Origin: Candidatus Micrarchaeota archaeon
Lineage (GTDB): Archaea > Micrarchaeota > Micrarchaeia > Norongarragalinales > SBBD01
Length of the DNA stretch: 64,000 nt
Assembly (NCBI GenBank): GCA_018819225.1
Contig: JAHJQN010000007.1
Span: 96,001 to 160,000 of the forward strand
Direction of reading: 5' to 3'
Numbering within the stretch: the stretch's first letter is position 1; the number at the start of each line of letters is the position of its first letter. Positions 48,856-58,988 of the stretch are shown piece after piece. The position numbers were made by a program, and so were the translations under genes. The notes under the pieces are model-generated. The model searched no databases. It worked only from the letters and a program-made list of their open reading frames with translations, and was not told where the DNA came from.

Positions 48856-51800
48856 TTGGGCTTTCACGTCCGCAACCATTTTATACTTATACGCTACTTG
48901 TTCCTATGGGCAAAGAGTTTTCAGGCGTTGATCTTGAAGACCTCCTTTGCCATTCTGGTTCTGCTGCTCTATCCTTCGTTTTCCCACCCGATTTCCGAAT
49001 ACACCTATCTGTTTGAACCGCCGGATCCGTCGATTCTTAAAACCTATTTCGCGGCACCCGACTGTCGTCCGGCACTCTCTTTGAATATAGACGGCCTCGC
49101 CATAAACAAAGCGGCCCGTTTTCAAGAAAGCCTTTCGCGGTATGAATCGGCGAAATGGCACCTCCAGAAAGCACAATTTTACGCGCGCATGGAATATCCT
49201 GCATTGTTCGCTTCTTATCCGGTTTACAAACTCTCTGTCGCTCTTTGTTACCGTCACTTGTTCGAATCCATCCGGTACGCTTCTCAAAGCGCGCAAGAGG
49301 GTTTACGGTCGTTGGAACTACCAATTGTCGAGTTTAATCGAATGCAAGACGAAGCCCATGATTTCACGCGGGGCGTTCGGAATGAATTGGACGCGTTCCA
49401 TATTCAAATGCAGCAAGGCCAGCGAAACGGTATCGCTATCGCGCCTCGCATTTTGCGCGCTGCAGATGCCCTTTCCGAGCTGCGCAGTTTTCCGGATACC
49501 TCGAATGATTTTCGAGCGTTAACGCTCCTAGTCTCCAAAGACTCGGTGTTATCCGAATCCTTCGAGCTCGGAACGCGTTTGGATGATGCCATGCGCGAGA
49601 TGGTATTTCGAGACCGTCATTTAGCCGAACAAGTCGCTCTTCGAGTACTTCAAATAAACCGGCGCGAAGACGATGCGCGTGCCAATGGTTTATACTCGAT
49701 TCAAGAAGACAAATTAACGTTGCGCTTTACTTCTTTTATGGATTCTCGCGAACTCGTTCCTTCCTTCTCATTACGAATTTCTCAAATGAGGAGAATGGTG
49801 GAGGAAGCGAACTTGTTATCGGATCAAGCCCGATCCATTTACGAAAAAAACAACGAAGGGTATTTGAGTCGCGCCATTATCAAGCGACAAGACGCGTTAC
49901 GGCTACTGGATTCCGTTTTACTGGATTTTGACGTTTTGGAAACTGACGCCCGATATCTTCAGCATGAGCTCGAACAAGAAGTGCGCCTTCAATATTCGGA
50001 TGTCGCCGATCGCATTGAATCTCGCCGTCATCAACCGCTCGTTTACTCGTTATTGCTATCGCTTCAAGACGAGTATCTATCCGTTGAAGACGCGTACTAT
50101 TCCCTTTCCAACGTCGGAACAAAAATAAATCATTTATTTATTCAACTTGAAAAACTGGCGTTCATTAAGGAAATGTCGGGGGCCACCGATGCATACGTCT
50201 ATCTCTATTCGGACACGCGAGCTCAATGGACTGCTTTAGAATCGATTCGAAATGCCGCCGTGGAGGATCGCGTACCCCTATCGGAAGAAACCGAACGCCT
50301 ACGCGCGATCTCCTCCTCTTTGAACGCCTTAGCCGAGCCGAATCAACCAAACGCTCAAGCGCTCCAGCATCTTCGCGAGGAAATGAGTGTTTTGAAACAA
50401 ACCCTGTTTGAGAAAGTGCGCAACGCCTATCCATTCATCGAACGCGATTATTCTTTCCTATCCCGTTATCGCAACGAATTGCCTCCCGCTCTTCAAGAAC
50501 GCCTTCTGGAATTGGATGTGCACTTTTCAAACGGACTGCTGGATTGGGAACAACAAGTCGGTTCGCTGCATTCCGTTCAACTCCTTCTACGGGAATCCCG
50601 CGCCTATCTAACCCTTCAAGCGCCTCGCATTCTTCAAGCTCATTTGCAAGAGGGCCTCGTGATTCAAAGTGAAACGTTGCCCGCCCGAATCGGAGACCCG
50701 TCTCACTTTATTTTACACGTTTCAATGACCAACCGTTTATCGCTTGAAACCGATCAGTCGCTTACCATAGCGCTACCCGATTGGATTTCATCCCCCCATC
50801 TTCAAGCGCATTCTCCTGAGATCTCATTATCCTATCGAGACCCGTCCCCTGTTCTGCTCATTCAACCCGTGGAAACCGATTCCTTTGCCGCTCAACTCTC
50901 CTTTTCTCGCGTCGTGACGCATTTCGTCGAGGATCGCACCACAACGGTTTATGCGACCGAGACCGAGGCCATGAACCAGCGGTTCATCCGATTCGATGCG
51001 GATAAAGCCGTTCCCGTTTTACTGGAAGTGTCGCTTGATTTTCCCGTTGATTTTTCCATCGAGACGTCCCTTCCCTATCGCGTTGAAGACCGATCGCCAT
51101 ACTCCCTTCGATTTATTGTGAACGCTTCCGAAGGCCGTCATGAGGTCCGCGTCGCCTATCGGTGGGCGGAACCGTTTCGCATTGAATGGAGTATCCCTGA
51201 GCTGGACGCGGAGTCCACCCTATTACGGGTTTCCATCACGAATCGCTTTGCCCCTATTTCAGACGCCTCCATTTCCCTCACACCGCCTTTTCCTTGCGAA
51301 TCAGAACACCTTTCTATTCTTCCGTTTTCCCCGGATTTGATTTCCTCGATTCAATCGTTAGGCTCATCTCACTGGATTTCCTTGCACTCGTCGCACTGGA
51401 ACCAGAAAGAGACGAAACAAGCGCAGATTTCTTTACGGTGTCCAAGTGCCTTGCACGAATGGACCGATTCACAGCTTTCTGAAATTGAACGCATGATGCA
51501 ATCCTATCCCTCCGTCAATCCGGAATGGGAGCGTGAGCTGATTCGGGCGCGCGAATCCATGCAGAACGGCGATTTAATCGCCGCATATTCTCAGATGGAG
51601 ACGGTCCGTGCTCATTTATATTCCGCCCCGTCTCCAGCGATTATTCCGGTATGGTCTCCTACCCCCTCCCCCGATCCCCTTCCGTCTCCCTCTCCGTCCG
51701 TTCTCCGAGCAGAACCATCCTCAATCCACACGTTGAGGGAACGCATTTCGTTGAAGTTGAGTCAATTCGAAGACGTGTTTTTTACGCCGCCTGAATGGCG

Positions 51801-52284
51801 CTCTCAAGTGACCCGACTGCCTTCCTACCGGAATGCCTCTTTCTCCGCAAATGAACTCGAATCCATTCTCCATACGCTCGATTCCCGGATTTTTTCCGAG
51901 TCTGATGAAATCGCGCCGATATCACGAGAGTGGCTATCCGCCCAAGAGTCTCAAGCGAATCCGCATATCCTTTCATTGGAAGAATCGATTCGTGCGATTC
52001 AGGCGCAAGCCGAACAAGCGTTATCGATGGCTCGCCAAAGACTTTATTCAACGAGCGATGAAGAGGCTCTCACGCTATTGAACCAAGCGGGAACATGGTC
52101 CGCTCGCGGAGCATATGCCTCCGCGTATGTGATGGCGACTGAAATCAATGGACGAACCATTCCCGCTTCGGATGACCCCAAATCCCTTCTCTATATTATT
52201 CCGTTGATTCTGGCGGCCAGTGGTTTATTCTTCTATCTTTGGAAACGAAACGCCTCCTCGTTTTCTGAAGACGTGATAGAATGA
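48856..52284 (+). CDS. Large membrane-anchored hypothetical protein (helical bundles plus beta domains)
   Basis: 1142-aa ORF; likely signal peptide from TTG at about 48934; C-terminal TM; ATGA overlap with the T2SS-F gene. Confidence 0.7.
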   Translation: MGFHVRNHFILIRYLFLWAKSFQALILKTSFAILVLLLYPSFSHPISEYTYLFEPPDPSILKTYFAAPDCRPALSLNIDGLAINKAARFQESLSRYESAKWHLQKAQFYARMEYPALFASYPVYKLSVALCYRHLFESIRYASQSAQEGLRSLELPIVEFNRMQDEAHDFTRGVRNELDAFHIQMQQGQRNGIAIAPRILRAADALSELRSFPDTSNDFRALTLLVSKDSVLSESFELGTRLDDAMREMVFRDRHLAEQVALRVLQINRREDDARANGLYSIQEDKLTLRFTSFMDSRELVPSFSLRISQMRRMVEEANLLSDQARSIYEKNNEGYLSRAIIKRQDALRLLDSVLLDFDVLETDARYLQHELEQEVRLQYSDVADRIESRRHQPLVYSLLLSLQDEYLSVEDAYYSLSNVGTKINHLFIQLEKLAFIKEMSGATDAYVYLYSDTRAQWTALESIRNAAVEDRVPLSEETERLRAISSSLNALAEPNQPNAQALQHLREEMSVLKQTLFEKVRNAYPFIERDYSFLSRYRNELPPALQERLLELDVHFSNGLLDWEQQVGSLHSVQLLLRESRAYLTLQAPRILQAHLQEGLVIQSETLPARIGDPSHFILHVSMTNRLSLETDQSLTIALPDWISSPHLQAHSPEISLSYRDPSPVLLIQPVETDSFAAQLSFSRVVTHFVEDRTTTVYATETEAMNQRFIRFDADKAVPVLLEVSLDFPVDFSIETSLPYRVEDRSPYSLRFIVNASEGRHEVRVAYRWAEPFRIEWSIPELDAESTLLRVSITNRFAPISDASISLTPPFPCESEHLSILPFSPDLISSIQSLGSSHWISLHSSHWNQKETKQAQISLRCPSALHEWTDSQLSEIERMMQSYPSVNPEWERELIRARESMQNGDLIAAYSQMETVRAHLYSAPSPAIIPVWSPTPSPDPLPSPSPSVLRAEPSSIHTLRERISLKLSQFEDVFFTPPEWRSQVTRLPSYRNASFSANELESILHTLDSRIFSESDEIAPISREWLSAQESQANPHILSLEESIRAIQAQAEQALSMARQRLYSTSDEEALTLLNQAGTWSARGAYASAYVMATEINGRTIPASDDPKSLLYIIPLILAASGLFFYLWKRNASSFSEDVIE

Positions 52285-53072
52285 ATCGAAACGAGCTATT
52301 TCGAGCGGCTTCTCTATCCGTCTTTGCCATCGTATTTATCTGGTTTCGTTCCTTTTCGATCGCCCAAAAAATCATGTTAACTCCCGTAACCGCGGTGGTT
52401 CCCTTTTTGCTCTTCCGTGCGTGGCGCGATTATTCCGAAGAACAGCGTCAACGGACCCTCGAAAAAGAGATTCCTTACGCCTTATTTCATGTAGCGGTTT
52501 TTCCTGCTTCCACCTCGTTTGAACAACGCGTGGCCTCCTTATCGGAATCCGGAGTCGGACAGATCGCTTCTGAGTTCGAACGAGTTGGCCAACGATTGCA
52601 TCGGGGTTTCTCATTATCCGAAGCCTTTGAACCCTTTCTTCATCGAAATCAATCTCGCCTCCTCCATCGAACCGTCCGTTTTATTCAAACCATTTATGAA
52701 ACCGGTTCCGATGCGAGTGATGCATTTAAGCGATTAGGGGAGCACGTGTTGCAATTGCATCAGTTGGCGCAAGAACAATTCGCCATGCATTCCCTCCAAA
52801 AATATACGGTTTTGCTTTCGGCCGGGCTCTTGATTCCCTTTATTCTCGGCACGTTGTTTTCCACCAGTCAAACGATCGATTCCAGTTCGGCCTCCCTTTA
52901 TTCCACCATGCAGTTCGTCATGCCCCTCTACCTCGCCCTCTTTTCGGGGGTCGCCTCCCTTTTTCTTGCGCTGCAAGAAGGTAACATTAAAAAGGCCGTA
53001 TTCTATCTTTCTTTGGTAGGGCCGTGTTCGCTTCTCGTGTTTTCCGTAACGAGTCGCTTCGCCCTATTATAA
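52281..53072 (+). CDS. T2SS-F family platform protein (third copy)
   Basis: LEKEIPYAL, GQIASEFERV..GFSLSEA, ETGSD, multiple TMs. Confidence 0.8.
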   Translation: MNRNELFRAASLSVFAIVFIWFRSFSIAQKIMLTPVTAVVPFLLFRAWRDYSEEQRQRTLEKEIPYALFHVAVFPASTSFEQRVASLSESGVGQIASEFERVGQRLHRGFSLSEAFEPFLHRNQSRLLHRTVRFIQTIYETGSDASDAFKRLGEHVLQLHQLAQEQFAMHSLQKYTVLLSAGLLIPFILGTLFSTSQTIDSSSASLYSTMQFVMPLYLALFSGVASLFLALQEGNIKKAVFYLSLVGPCSLLVFSVTSRFALL

Positions 53073-53089
53073 AAAAAGGTGTTACCCCC

Positions 53090-53206
53090 ATGAAGCTTTG
53101 GAATCGCCGAAAGGCCCAACCCGCCATCGAATACTTGTTGGCTCTTGGCATGGGCGTCGTCTTCGTGACCATTATCGCCTATTTCGTTAAAAACGCGGTT
53201 CAATAA
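53090..53206 (+). CDS. 38-aa minimal class III signal peptide protein (pilin-like)
   Basis: MKLWNRRKAQPAIEYLLALGMGVVFVTIIAYFVKNAVQ; AGGTG RBS. Confidence 0.75.
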   Translation: MKLWNRRKAQPAIEYLLALGMGVVFVTIIAYFVKNAVQ

Positions 53207-53219
53207 ATCGCTCTGGAAG

Positions 53220-53954
53220 GTGTCCGCCGTGATCGTCGAGTTTAAGCAGTTAGTCAAACCCAAACTGAAGCGCCCCGTACTGGTCGAGGGATTTCCGGGG
53301 GTCGGCATGGTAGGTACTATTTCCTCGGCGTATCTCGCGGAAAAAATGCAAATGACTCTCGTGGGGTACATTCAGAGCTCTCACTTTCCTCCCATTGCGG
53401 CCATTCATAATTTTATTCCGGTTTCCCCCGCACGCATTTACGCGTCCGAAAAGTACGATTTGATCGTTTTATTCAGCGAGTTCATCATACCCGCGGAAGT
53501 GGTGTACGAATTATCCCAACGCATTCTCCAATTTGCTAAGGAAAATAACGCTTCCGCCATTTATTCTCTGGCCGGCATTGCAACCCCGAAGCCGGACCAA
53601 CGCATTTACGGAATCGCCAGTACGAAGAAGATGGGTGAACAACTCAAGAAACAAGGCATTCAACTCATTAAGGAAGGCGCGACGCAAGGCGTTTCCGGCG
53701 TCCTCATTTCCGAGTGTGCGGCCCGCAATTTTCCAGCAGCGAACCTGCTCGTCCAGACCTCAAGCCCCATGGAACCCGCTGGTTCCGCTAAACTCCTGGA
53801 CAAGCTCTCCGAACTCGTCCGCATTCCCGTGGACACGAAACCGTTGCTCGCGGAAGGCAAAGTCATTGAGCAACGCATCAAGGACAGCATGGAAAAAATC
53901 AAGTCCCTGCATAGCAAGTACTCGCAGATGGACAGCAATCCGGCATACGGATGA
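53220..53954 (+). CDS. Proteasome assembly chaperone PAC2 family protein
   Basis: VEGFPGVGMVGTI, SSHFPP, P.RIY, GVSGVL. Confidence 0.9.
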   Translation: MSAVIVEFKQLVKPKLKRPVLVEGFPGVGMVGTISSAYLAEKMQMTLVGYIQSSHFPPIAAIHNFIPVSPARIYASEKYDLIVLFSEFIIPAEVVYELSQRILQFAKENNASAIYSLAGIATPKPDQRIYGIASTKKMGEQLKKQGIQLIKEGATQGVSGVLISECAARNFPAANLLVQTSSPMEPAGSAKLLDKLSELVRIPVDTKPLLAEGKVIEQRIKDSMEKIKSLHSKYSQMDSNPAYG

Positions 53955-53963
53955 CGCGCTCTT

Positions 53964-54809
53964 TCACTGGTTTTTCAGTCGCTCCCGCATTTTCCACAAC
54001 GGCCAGCGTAAGTCTAGCCGCCAACCCGCTCGTCCGATTTCGATGACGCCCTTTCCTCTCGCCATTCGATCGAGTTTATCTAATGCGTCTTGCATGGGTT
54101 TCCGGAGCCCGCTATTCTGTTCGTGGGGTTCCAATGATCCGGCTATCCCCTGGTACTCGCGCATGGTCACTCTCAAATAAGCGAGTTGTTTCGGATCATT
54201 GGGCGGGTCCTGCCCGTTTTTCAACTTATCGATCAATTTCAGGGCTTGAATGTACGGCGCCGCGTCCGCTATCCGCAACGCATACCGGTGATCGCGAACC
54301 AACTTTTGTCGATAATCCGCTTTGCGGTTCGTTCGTCTCGGCCGAATCTGTTTCGTTAACTGCAGGACAATGTCTGCCGCGTCTTCTCCGATTTTTTCTC
54401 GGAGTTCGCTCGTCATTTGTTGCCGCGCTTTCCCGTTTTCAAATTTTTCAAGGGTGTCGTGGGTCAGCATAGCGGCCACGACCACGTTCAGCGGGACAAA
54501 CCCGTTTTTTTTCCGAAACCAATTCCGATTCTTTATACGGATTCTCATTGCCTGCAACGCCGCCGGGTAGACATGCCGCTCTAAATACCCTCGCTTGCTT
54601 TTTCTTCCTCCGGCCTCGCGTTGTTCCGGTCCATGCTCCCTCTTCGCAATCTCCATCGCGTTTAATACTATATCGTCTTCGTGCAAATGGTGCTTCTCCA
54701 ATACTCGAAGAAAATAGTCTCGGGTGACGTACGGACGCTTAACCACGACCCACGGCATTCGTTTTAGAAACCGTTCTCGAGTGCGTATTCCTTTAAGACG
54801 TTCTTCCAT
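53964..54809 (-). CDS. HD-domain protein (RelA/SpoT hydrolase-like, HD_4)
   Basis: A..EH..EQR...YLERH, AAMLTHDTLE, LTK, LKLIDKLKN. Confidence 0.7.
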   Translation of the reverse strand: MEERLKGIRTRERFLKRMPWVVVKRPYVTRDYFLRVLEKHHLHEDDIVLNAMEIAKREHGPEQREAGGRKSKRGYLERHVYPAALQAMRIRIKNRNWFRKKNGFVPLNVVVAAMLTHDTLEKFENGKARQQMTSELREKIGEDAADIVLQLTKQIRPRRTNRKADYRQKLVRDHRYALRIADAAPYIQALKLIDKLKNGQDPPNDPKQLAYLRVTMREYQGIAGSLEPHEQNSGLRKPMQDALDKLDRMARGKGVIEIGRAGWRLDLRWPLWKMRERLKNQ

Positions 54810-54819
54810 GAAAAATGCC

Positions 54820-55827
54820 TTACGTGCGGACGTTTGCTTCCCTCAACTGCGCTAATGTTTTCGATCGCGTGAGAAACATCGTCATCTTCAATTCATCCAC
54901 AAACTGCCGAATGCGCTTTTCCACTCCCTTTTTGCCTCCTTGTTCCTGTGCCTGAATGAATGGCATGGCTGCGGAAGCCAAGTGCGCTCCCGTCCGAATC
55001 GCTTTAGCCGCATCCAACCCCGACCGAATTCCGCCGCTCGCAATAATGGGAATGGAAACCGTTCGCTTACATTCCTTTACGCAATCCGCTGTCCGGTTCC
55101 CCCAATCCCAGAACACGTTTCCGGCATCCGCGCCATTCCGGTACAATTCGATGGCACTCCACGATGTGCCGCCAACCCCCGAAACGTCAATGGCTTTAAC
55201 CCCCACTTTCTCCAACTCGCTTGCCACTACGCCTTCAATGCCTGCCCCGGTTTCCTTGACGATGACCGGCACGGATAAAGTGGAGCACGTTTTTTCGATG
55301 GCTTTCAACGCCCCCCTCCAATTCCGATCCCCTTCCGTTTGAACCACTTCCTGCAACGGATTCAAGTGAACGAACAATGCGTCGGCCTCCAGCCCGCTGA
55401 CGAGTTTTTCAGCCGCTTTTACGCCGTATTCCCGCAATTGAACCGCACCAATATTCGCTCCCAAGAACACATCGGGGGCCGCATCCCGTACTTGAAACGT
55501 TTTCCGCATTTTCGCGTCTTCGAGCATGGCCCTCTGGGATCCTACCCCCAGCCCGATATGGAAGGTCTGGCAGGCCTGCGCGAGGTCGCGATTAATCTGT
55601 TCCGCGTGGGCGTATCCTCCCGTCATCGAAGAAATGAATAACGGCGCAGACAACCGCTTTCCGAGGAACGAGATGGACGTATTGATTTCCTCGAAATCCA
55701 TTTCCGGAAGCGCATAGTGCACGAACTCCATCCCATCGAAACCCGTGCCTCGCGTACGCGCTTGAACGTCTTTCGTCAAAGCAATACGCACGTGATCGGC
55801 TTTACGACTCTCCGTTTTCCGGTTCAT
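54820..55827 (-). CDS. fni: Type 2 isopentenyl-diphosphate isomerase (FMN-dependent)
   Basis: RKADH, SMTGG, GVGSQR, HLNPLQE, VKETGAG, GGTSW. Confidence 0.96.
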   Translation of the reverse strand: MNRKTESRKADHVRIALTKDVQARTRGTGFDGMEFVHYALPEMDFEEINTSISFLGKRLSAPLFISSMTGGYAHAEQINRDLAQACQTFHIGLGVGSQRAMLEDAKMRKTFQVRDAAPDVFLGANIGAVQLREYGVKAAEKLVSGLEADALFVHLNPLQEVVQTEGDRNWRGALKAIEKTCSTLSVPVIVKETGAGIEGVVASELEKVGVKAIDVSGVGGTSWSAIELYRNGADAGNVFWDWGNRTADCVKECKRTVSIPIIASGGIRSGLDAAKAIRTGAHLASAAMPFIQAQEQGGKKGVEKRIRQFVDELKMTMFLTRSKTLAQLREANVRT

Positions 55828-55876
55828 AATTTCTTTCCACGAACCGCTTTTAATAACGCTTTGCTTTTTCGCTCTT

Positions 55877-57109
55877 CTATTCGCCGGTTTCCCCCACGCG
55901 TTTTTCCCAGGTGTCCATGGTTTCTTCCTGCATGCCCTTTCCTGAAAACGTGATGTCCAACAAGTGTAGTCCGTTCTGGCTCCAGAACGCCATTAACTTC
56001 TTTTTCGATTCCTCGGATAAACACAATGCGGCGAGTGAATCGCCGCCGCCGGCTCCCGGCATCGTGCATACGAATGCTCCGCGCTCTTCACTTTCCTCGA
56101 TCAGCGCCGACGCCTCATCGCTTTCAATGCCCGCTTTACTCTCGACTCCGAGTTGTTTCGTCAATTGCCTTCCTTTCGCGAATGCGTGCTTGAACTCCCG
56201 GAACGCGGTCATTTCCTCTTCGTACATCGCCACTTCCGGTGCCGAGCCCCGCCCGTCAAAAAACGCAGCCACTTCTCCATATTTTTGCGCGGATTTCCTC
56301 GACAAATCCCCCATCTTTTTTAACCATAACATGGCTTTATCGTTCTCCGCATTCAATGCCTCCATGAGCAACAGAAACGCCTGTTCTTTCTTCTTCTCGA
56401 ATGCATCCACTTTTTTTACTAAATCTCGCGTGTTCGCACTCTTTCCGGTATAGGCCATCGCGAGCCGCATTCCTTTAGGCATTTGAAGCGGTTCGCTTCG
56501 CTGATCCCATTCATTTCCCATCATCTCTTGAAATGAATGCCCCATGATTTCGTCCGAATACCGCGAATACGCGATGCTGCCATAACACGCACCCGCCACA
56601 TCGATTCCGCTCCCGATTTTCTCTTGCGCAATAAAGTTTGCGTACTGCGCCAGTTTGTGAATCGCGTCCTTGTTTTCCTCCATGTCCAGTCCGTGTTCAA
56701 GGAACACGGCTGCAATGGTTGCCACGACCGCTGCGGCCGAACTCCCCATGCCCGTTTTCCGGTCTCCGGCGCCAAACGCGGGATCGTTCCACGTTTCCAC
56801 GCGAATGCCACGAAATTCAATCTGTTTCCATTCGAAATACTTCAAGCACGCCTCGACAGCTGCCCTCAGGAAACGCAGCTTTTTCTTCTCATCTTCATCG
56901 GCATCCAATTCCAGCGTCCCGTCGTTCCACACGCCCCATTCTTTTACATCGAGGGGAGGCGCCTCCAGAACGAATCGTTTTTCCAAGATTTTTTCCGCGA
57001 GCGCGAACACGCGCTTGTCGACGGCGGCCACATAGCTGATATTCGGCTTTTTGAGCACGGCGTACGCGCCGATCAACACGATTTTTCCGGGTGCGGACGC
57101 AATCGCCAT
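55877..57109 (-). CDS. Phosphomevalonate kinase, ERG8 type
   Basis: SAPGK, KTGMGSSAA, HKLAQ...AQEKIGSGIDVA, PGAGGGD; mevalonate operon context. Confidence 0.88.
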   Translation of the reverse strand: MAIASAPGKIVLIGAYAVLKKPNISYVAAVDKRVFALAEKILEKRFVLEAPPLDVKEWGVWNDGTLELDADEDEKKKLRFLRAAVEACLKYFEWKQIEFRGIRVETWNDPAFGAGDRKTGMGSSAAAVVATIAAVFLEHGLDMEENKDAIHKLAQYANFIAQEKIGSGIDVAGACYGSIAYSRYSDEIMGHSFQEMMGNEWDQRSEPLQMPKGMRLAMAYTGKSANTRDLVKKVDAFEKKKEQAFLLLMEALNAENDKAMLWLKKMGDLSRKSAQKYGEVAAFFDGRGSAPEVAMYEEEMTAFREFKHAFAKGRQLTKQLGVESKAGIESDEASALIEESEERGAFVCTMPGAGGGDSLAALCLSEESKKKLMAFWSQNGLHLLDITFSGKGMQEETMDTWEKRVGETGE

Positions 57110-57119
57110 TCGGTTCCCC

Positions 57120-58121
57120 TCAAAACAAGTGCTGTTTCAGTTCCACGGGTCCGTTTCCCACTTTACACACCATCACGTTTTCCACTCCCGAGATCTCCGA
57201 CAGCATTTTTCGTATCGTGGAAACCCGCTTGTCTTCCGTGAAAACGTGCGCGTTCGGGCCCGCATCGAACGTGTATCCGGCAACGGCTTCCCCGTACGCA
57301 TCGTTCAACGCATGCACGGTTTCGATGACTTTATGTGAGTGCTCATTCATGTAAAACAAGGGAGGATACGAATCGAGCATGCACGCGTGCATACTATTAC
57401 TATCCCGCATGACGAGCTCGAACAATTCGGCCCGATTCTTTTCCTCCAATGCTTTACGCACCCGCTGTAAAATAATGCTGATGCTTTGCAACCGGCGCTG
57501 GTACAACGTGCTCGTGAGTACGGTGCGGTTCATGCCCGGTCGCGTGAGGATTCGTTTCGGATCTTTTTTCACGATCGCGATCACGTTCCGCAAGCTCTTC
57601 CAATGCGCGGCCGGCGACAGGGGTTCGGCTAGCGAGTCGCTCCCGTCATCGCGTTCCCCGCGATGCCATTCGACGAATCCTCCAAACAATGATCGGCACG
57701 CGGATCCCGATCCCCTTCGAGAGATAACGGAGAGCTCTCGAACGCCCATCTTCAATCCCAAGGCGTGCGATGCCGCTAGCGTGAGCGCTGCGTATCCGGA
57801 TGCGGAAGAGGCCATCCCCGCTGCCGATGGAAACGCGTTTTCCGTCACGATTCGTGCATACTCCTTGTTTCCCGCCTTGTGCCTCAGGATATCGAGCTGT
57901 TCCACGACGCGGTGCCGTTCGCTCCCCTCTAGTTTTCGTTCTCCGAGCGTGACCTCATCCTGTTTGTACTTCGACGAGAATTCGACCGTGGTTTCCGTTT
58001 TGAGCTGTTCGTCCATGGTGACGGAAATGCTTCCATTCGCCGGAAGGTTGAGTTGGGCATCCCGTTTCCCCCAATACTTCACGAGTGCAATGTTAGATGT
58101 TGCTCGAAACGTGCTCTTCAA
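57120..58121 (-). CDS. mvaD: Diphosphomevalonate decarboxylase
   Basis: NIALVKYWGK, AGMASSASG, GSGSACRS, YTFDAGPN. Confidence 0.92.
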   Translation of the reverse strand: MKSTFRATSNIALVKYWGKRDAQLNLPANGSISVTMDEQLKTETTVEFSSKYKQDEVTLGERKLEGSERHRVVEQLDILRHKAGNKEYARIVTENAFPSAAGMASSASGYAALTLAASHALGLKMGVRELSVISRRGSGSACRSLFGGFVEWHRGERDDGSDSLAEPLSPAAHWKSLRNVIAIVKKDPKRILTRPGMNRTVLTSTLYQRRLQSISIILQRVRKALEEKNRAELFELVMRDSNSMHACMLDSYPPLFYMNEHSHKVIETVHALNDAYGEAVAGYTFDAGPNAHVFTEDKRVSTIRKMLSEISGVENVMVCKVGNGPVELKQHLF

Positions 58122-58165
58122 GGCTTCCCACCCCCTTTCCTGTTGTGGTTACGCCCCCTCTTCCT

Positions 58166-58933
58166 TTATAGGGTTTTCTTTACGGGGTTTCTGATCCACC
58201 CCATCACTTCGTTCGGATGATCCATTCGAATCATCCCTTTTTGTTCCGCATAAACTCCGTACCCCCAATCCGCAAAGAAGAGTTGAATGTCCGGATCCAC
58301 GTCGTACACGACTTCCAGGTTATGCATTAAATCGTCCACGAATGCGTACGCGCCCTTCCCCAACGTTTTCTTCAGCAAGCGAACCTGTTTCTGCTTCACC
58401 ATGCGATCCGCCCGACTCACCTCGGTTCCGGCCACCGCTTCCATGCACTCCTCGATACGGAAATGCGTTAACCAACCTTGAATACTGGCTTCATCGCGCG
58501 CGCTCATCACCGCTTGTTTCGCTCCCGATGCGTGAATCGCGCGCACCGCTTCCAGTACTCCGCTGTACGGCGCCATGGATTCCGCGTATTGTTTTCCCCA
58601 TTCATCCGCCACACGCTGCCGCGTCCGATAATATGTTTCGTCCAAGTGCACGAGCAGCTCGCCGTATTGCGCATCCACTTCATTCAATCGAATCGCTTTC
58701 CCGAATTTTCTTCTCGCCACATAATTCACGAAGAAGTCCCGCGCGTTCACGCACACCGGCCGATCGTTCTTGAACTCATCAAAGGAATATGGCGCCAACG
58801 GTTTTCCAACGGCTTCCTGCAACGTCGCTTCTTCCTGTTCCACGACGCGCCGCGTGATCTCGTAACACTCGTTCAAGCTGTCCGCCAATACCCCGTCAAA
58901 ATCCCACAGAACATGCATTCGCTTCGTTTCCAT
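58166..58933 (-). CDS. HAD-superfamily hydrolase
   Basis: WDFDGVLADS (motif I), FVDD, ADWGYG. Confidence 0.85.
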   Translation of the reverse strand: METKRMHVLWDFDGVLADSLNECYEITRRVVEQEEATLQEAVGKPLAPYSFDEFKNDRPVCVNARDFFVNYVARRKFGKAIRLNEVDAQYGELLVHLDETYYRTRQRVADEWGKQYAESMAPYSGVLEAVRAIHASGAKQAVMSARDEASIQGWLTHFRIEECMEAVAGTEVSRADRMVKQKQVRLLKKTLGKGAYAFVDDLMHNLEVVYDVDPDIQLFFADWGYGVYAEQKGMIRMDHPNEVMGWIRNPVKKTL

Positions 58934-58988
58934 CCGCTCTTACTTCAACCCTACCGCTTTTTATTTCCTTTTTATGCTTCTTATTTTC

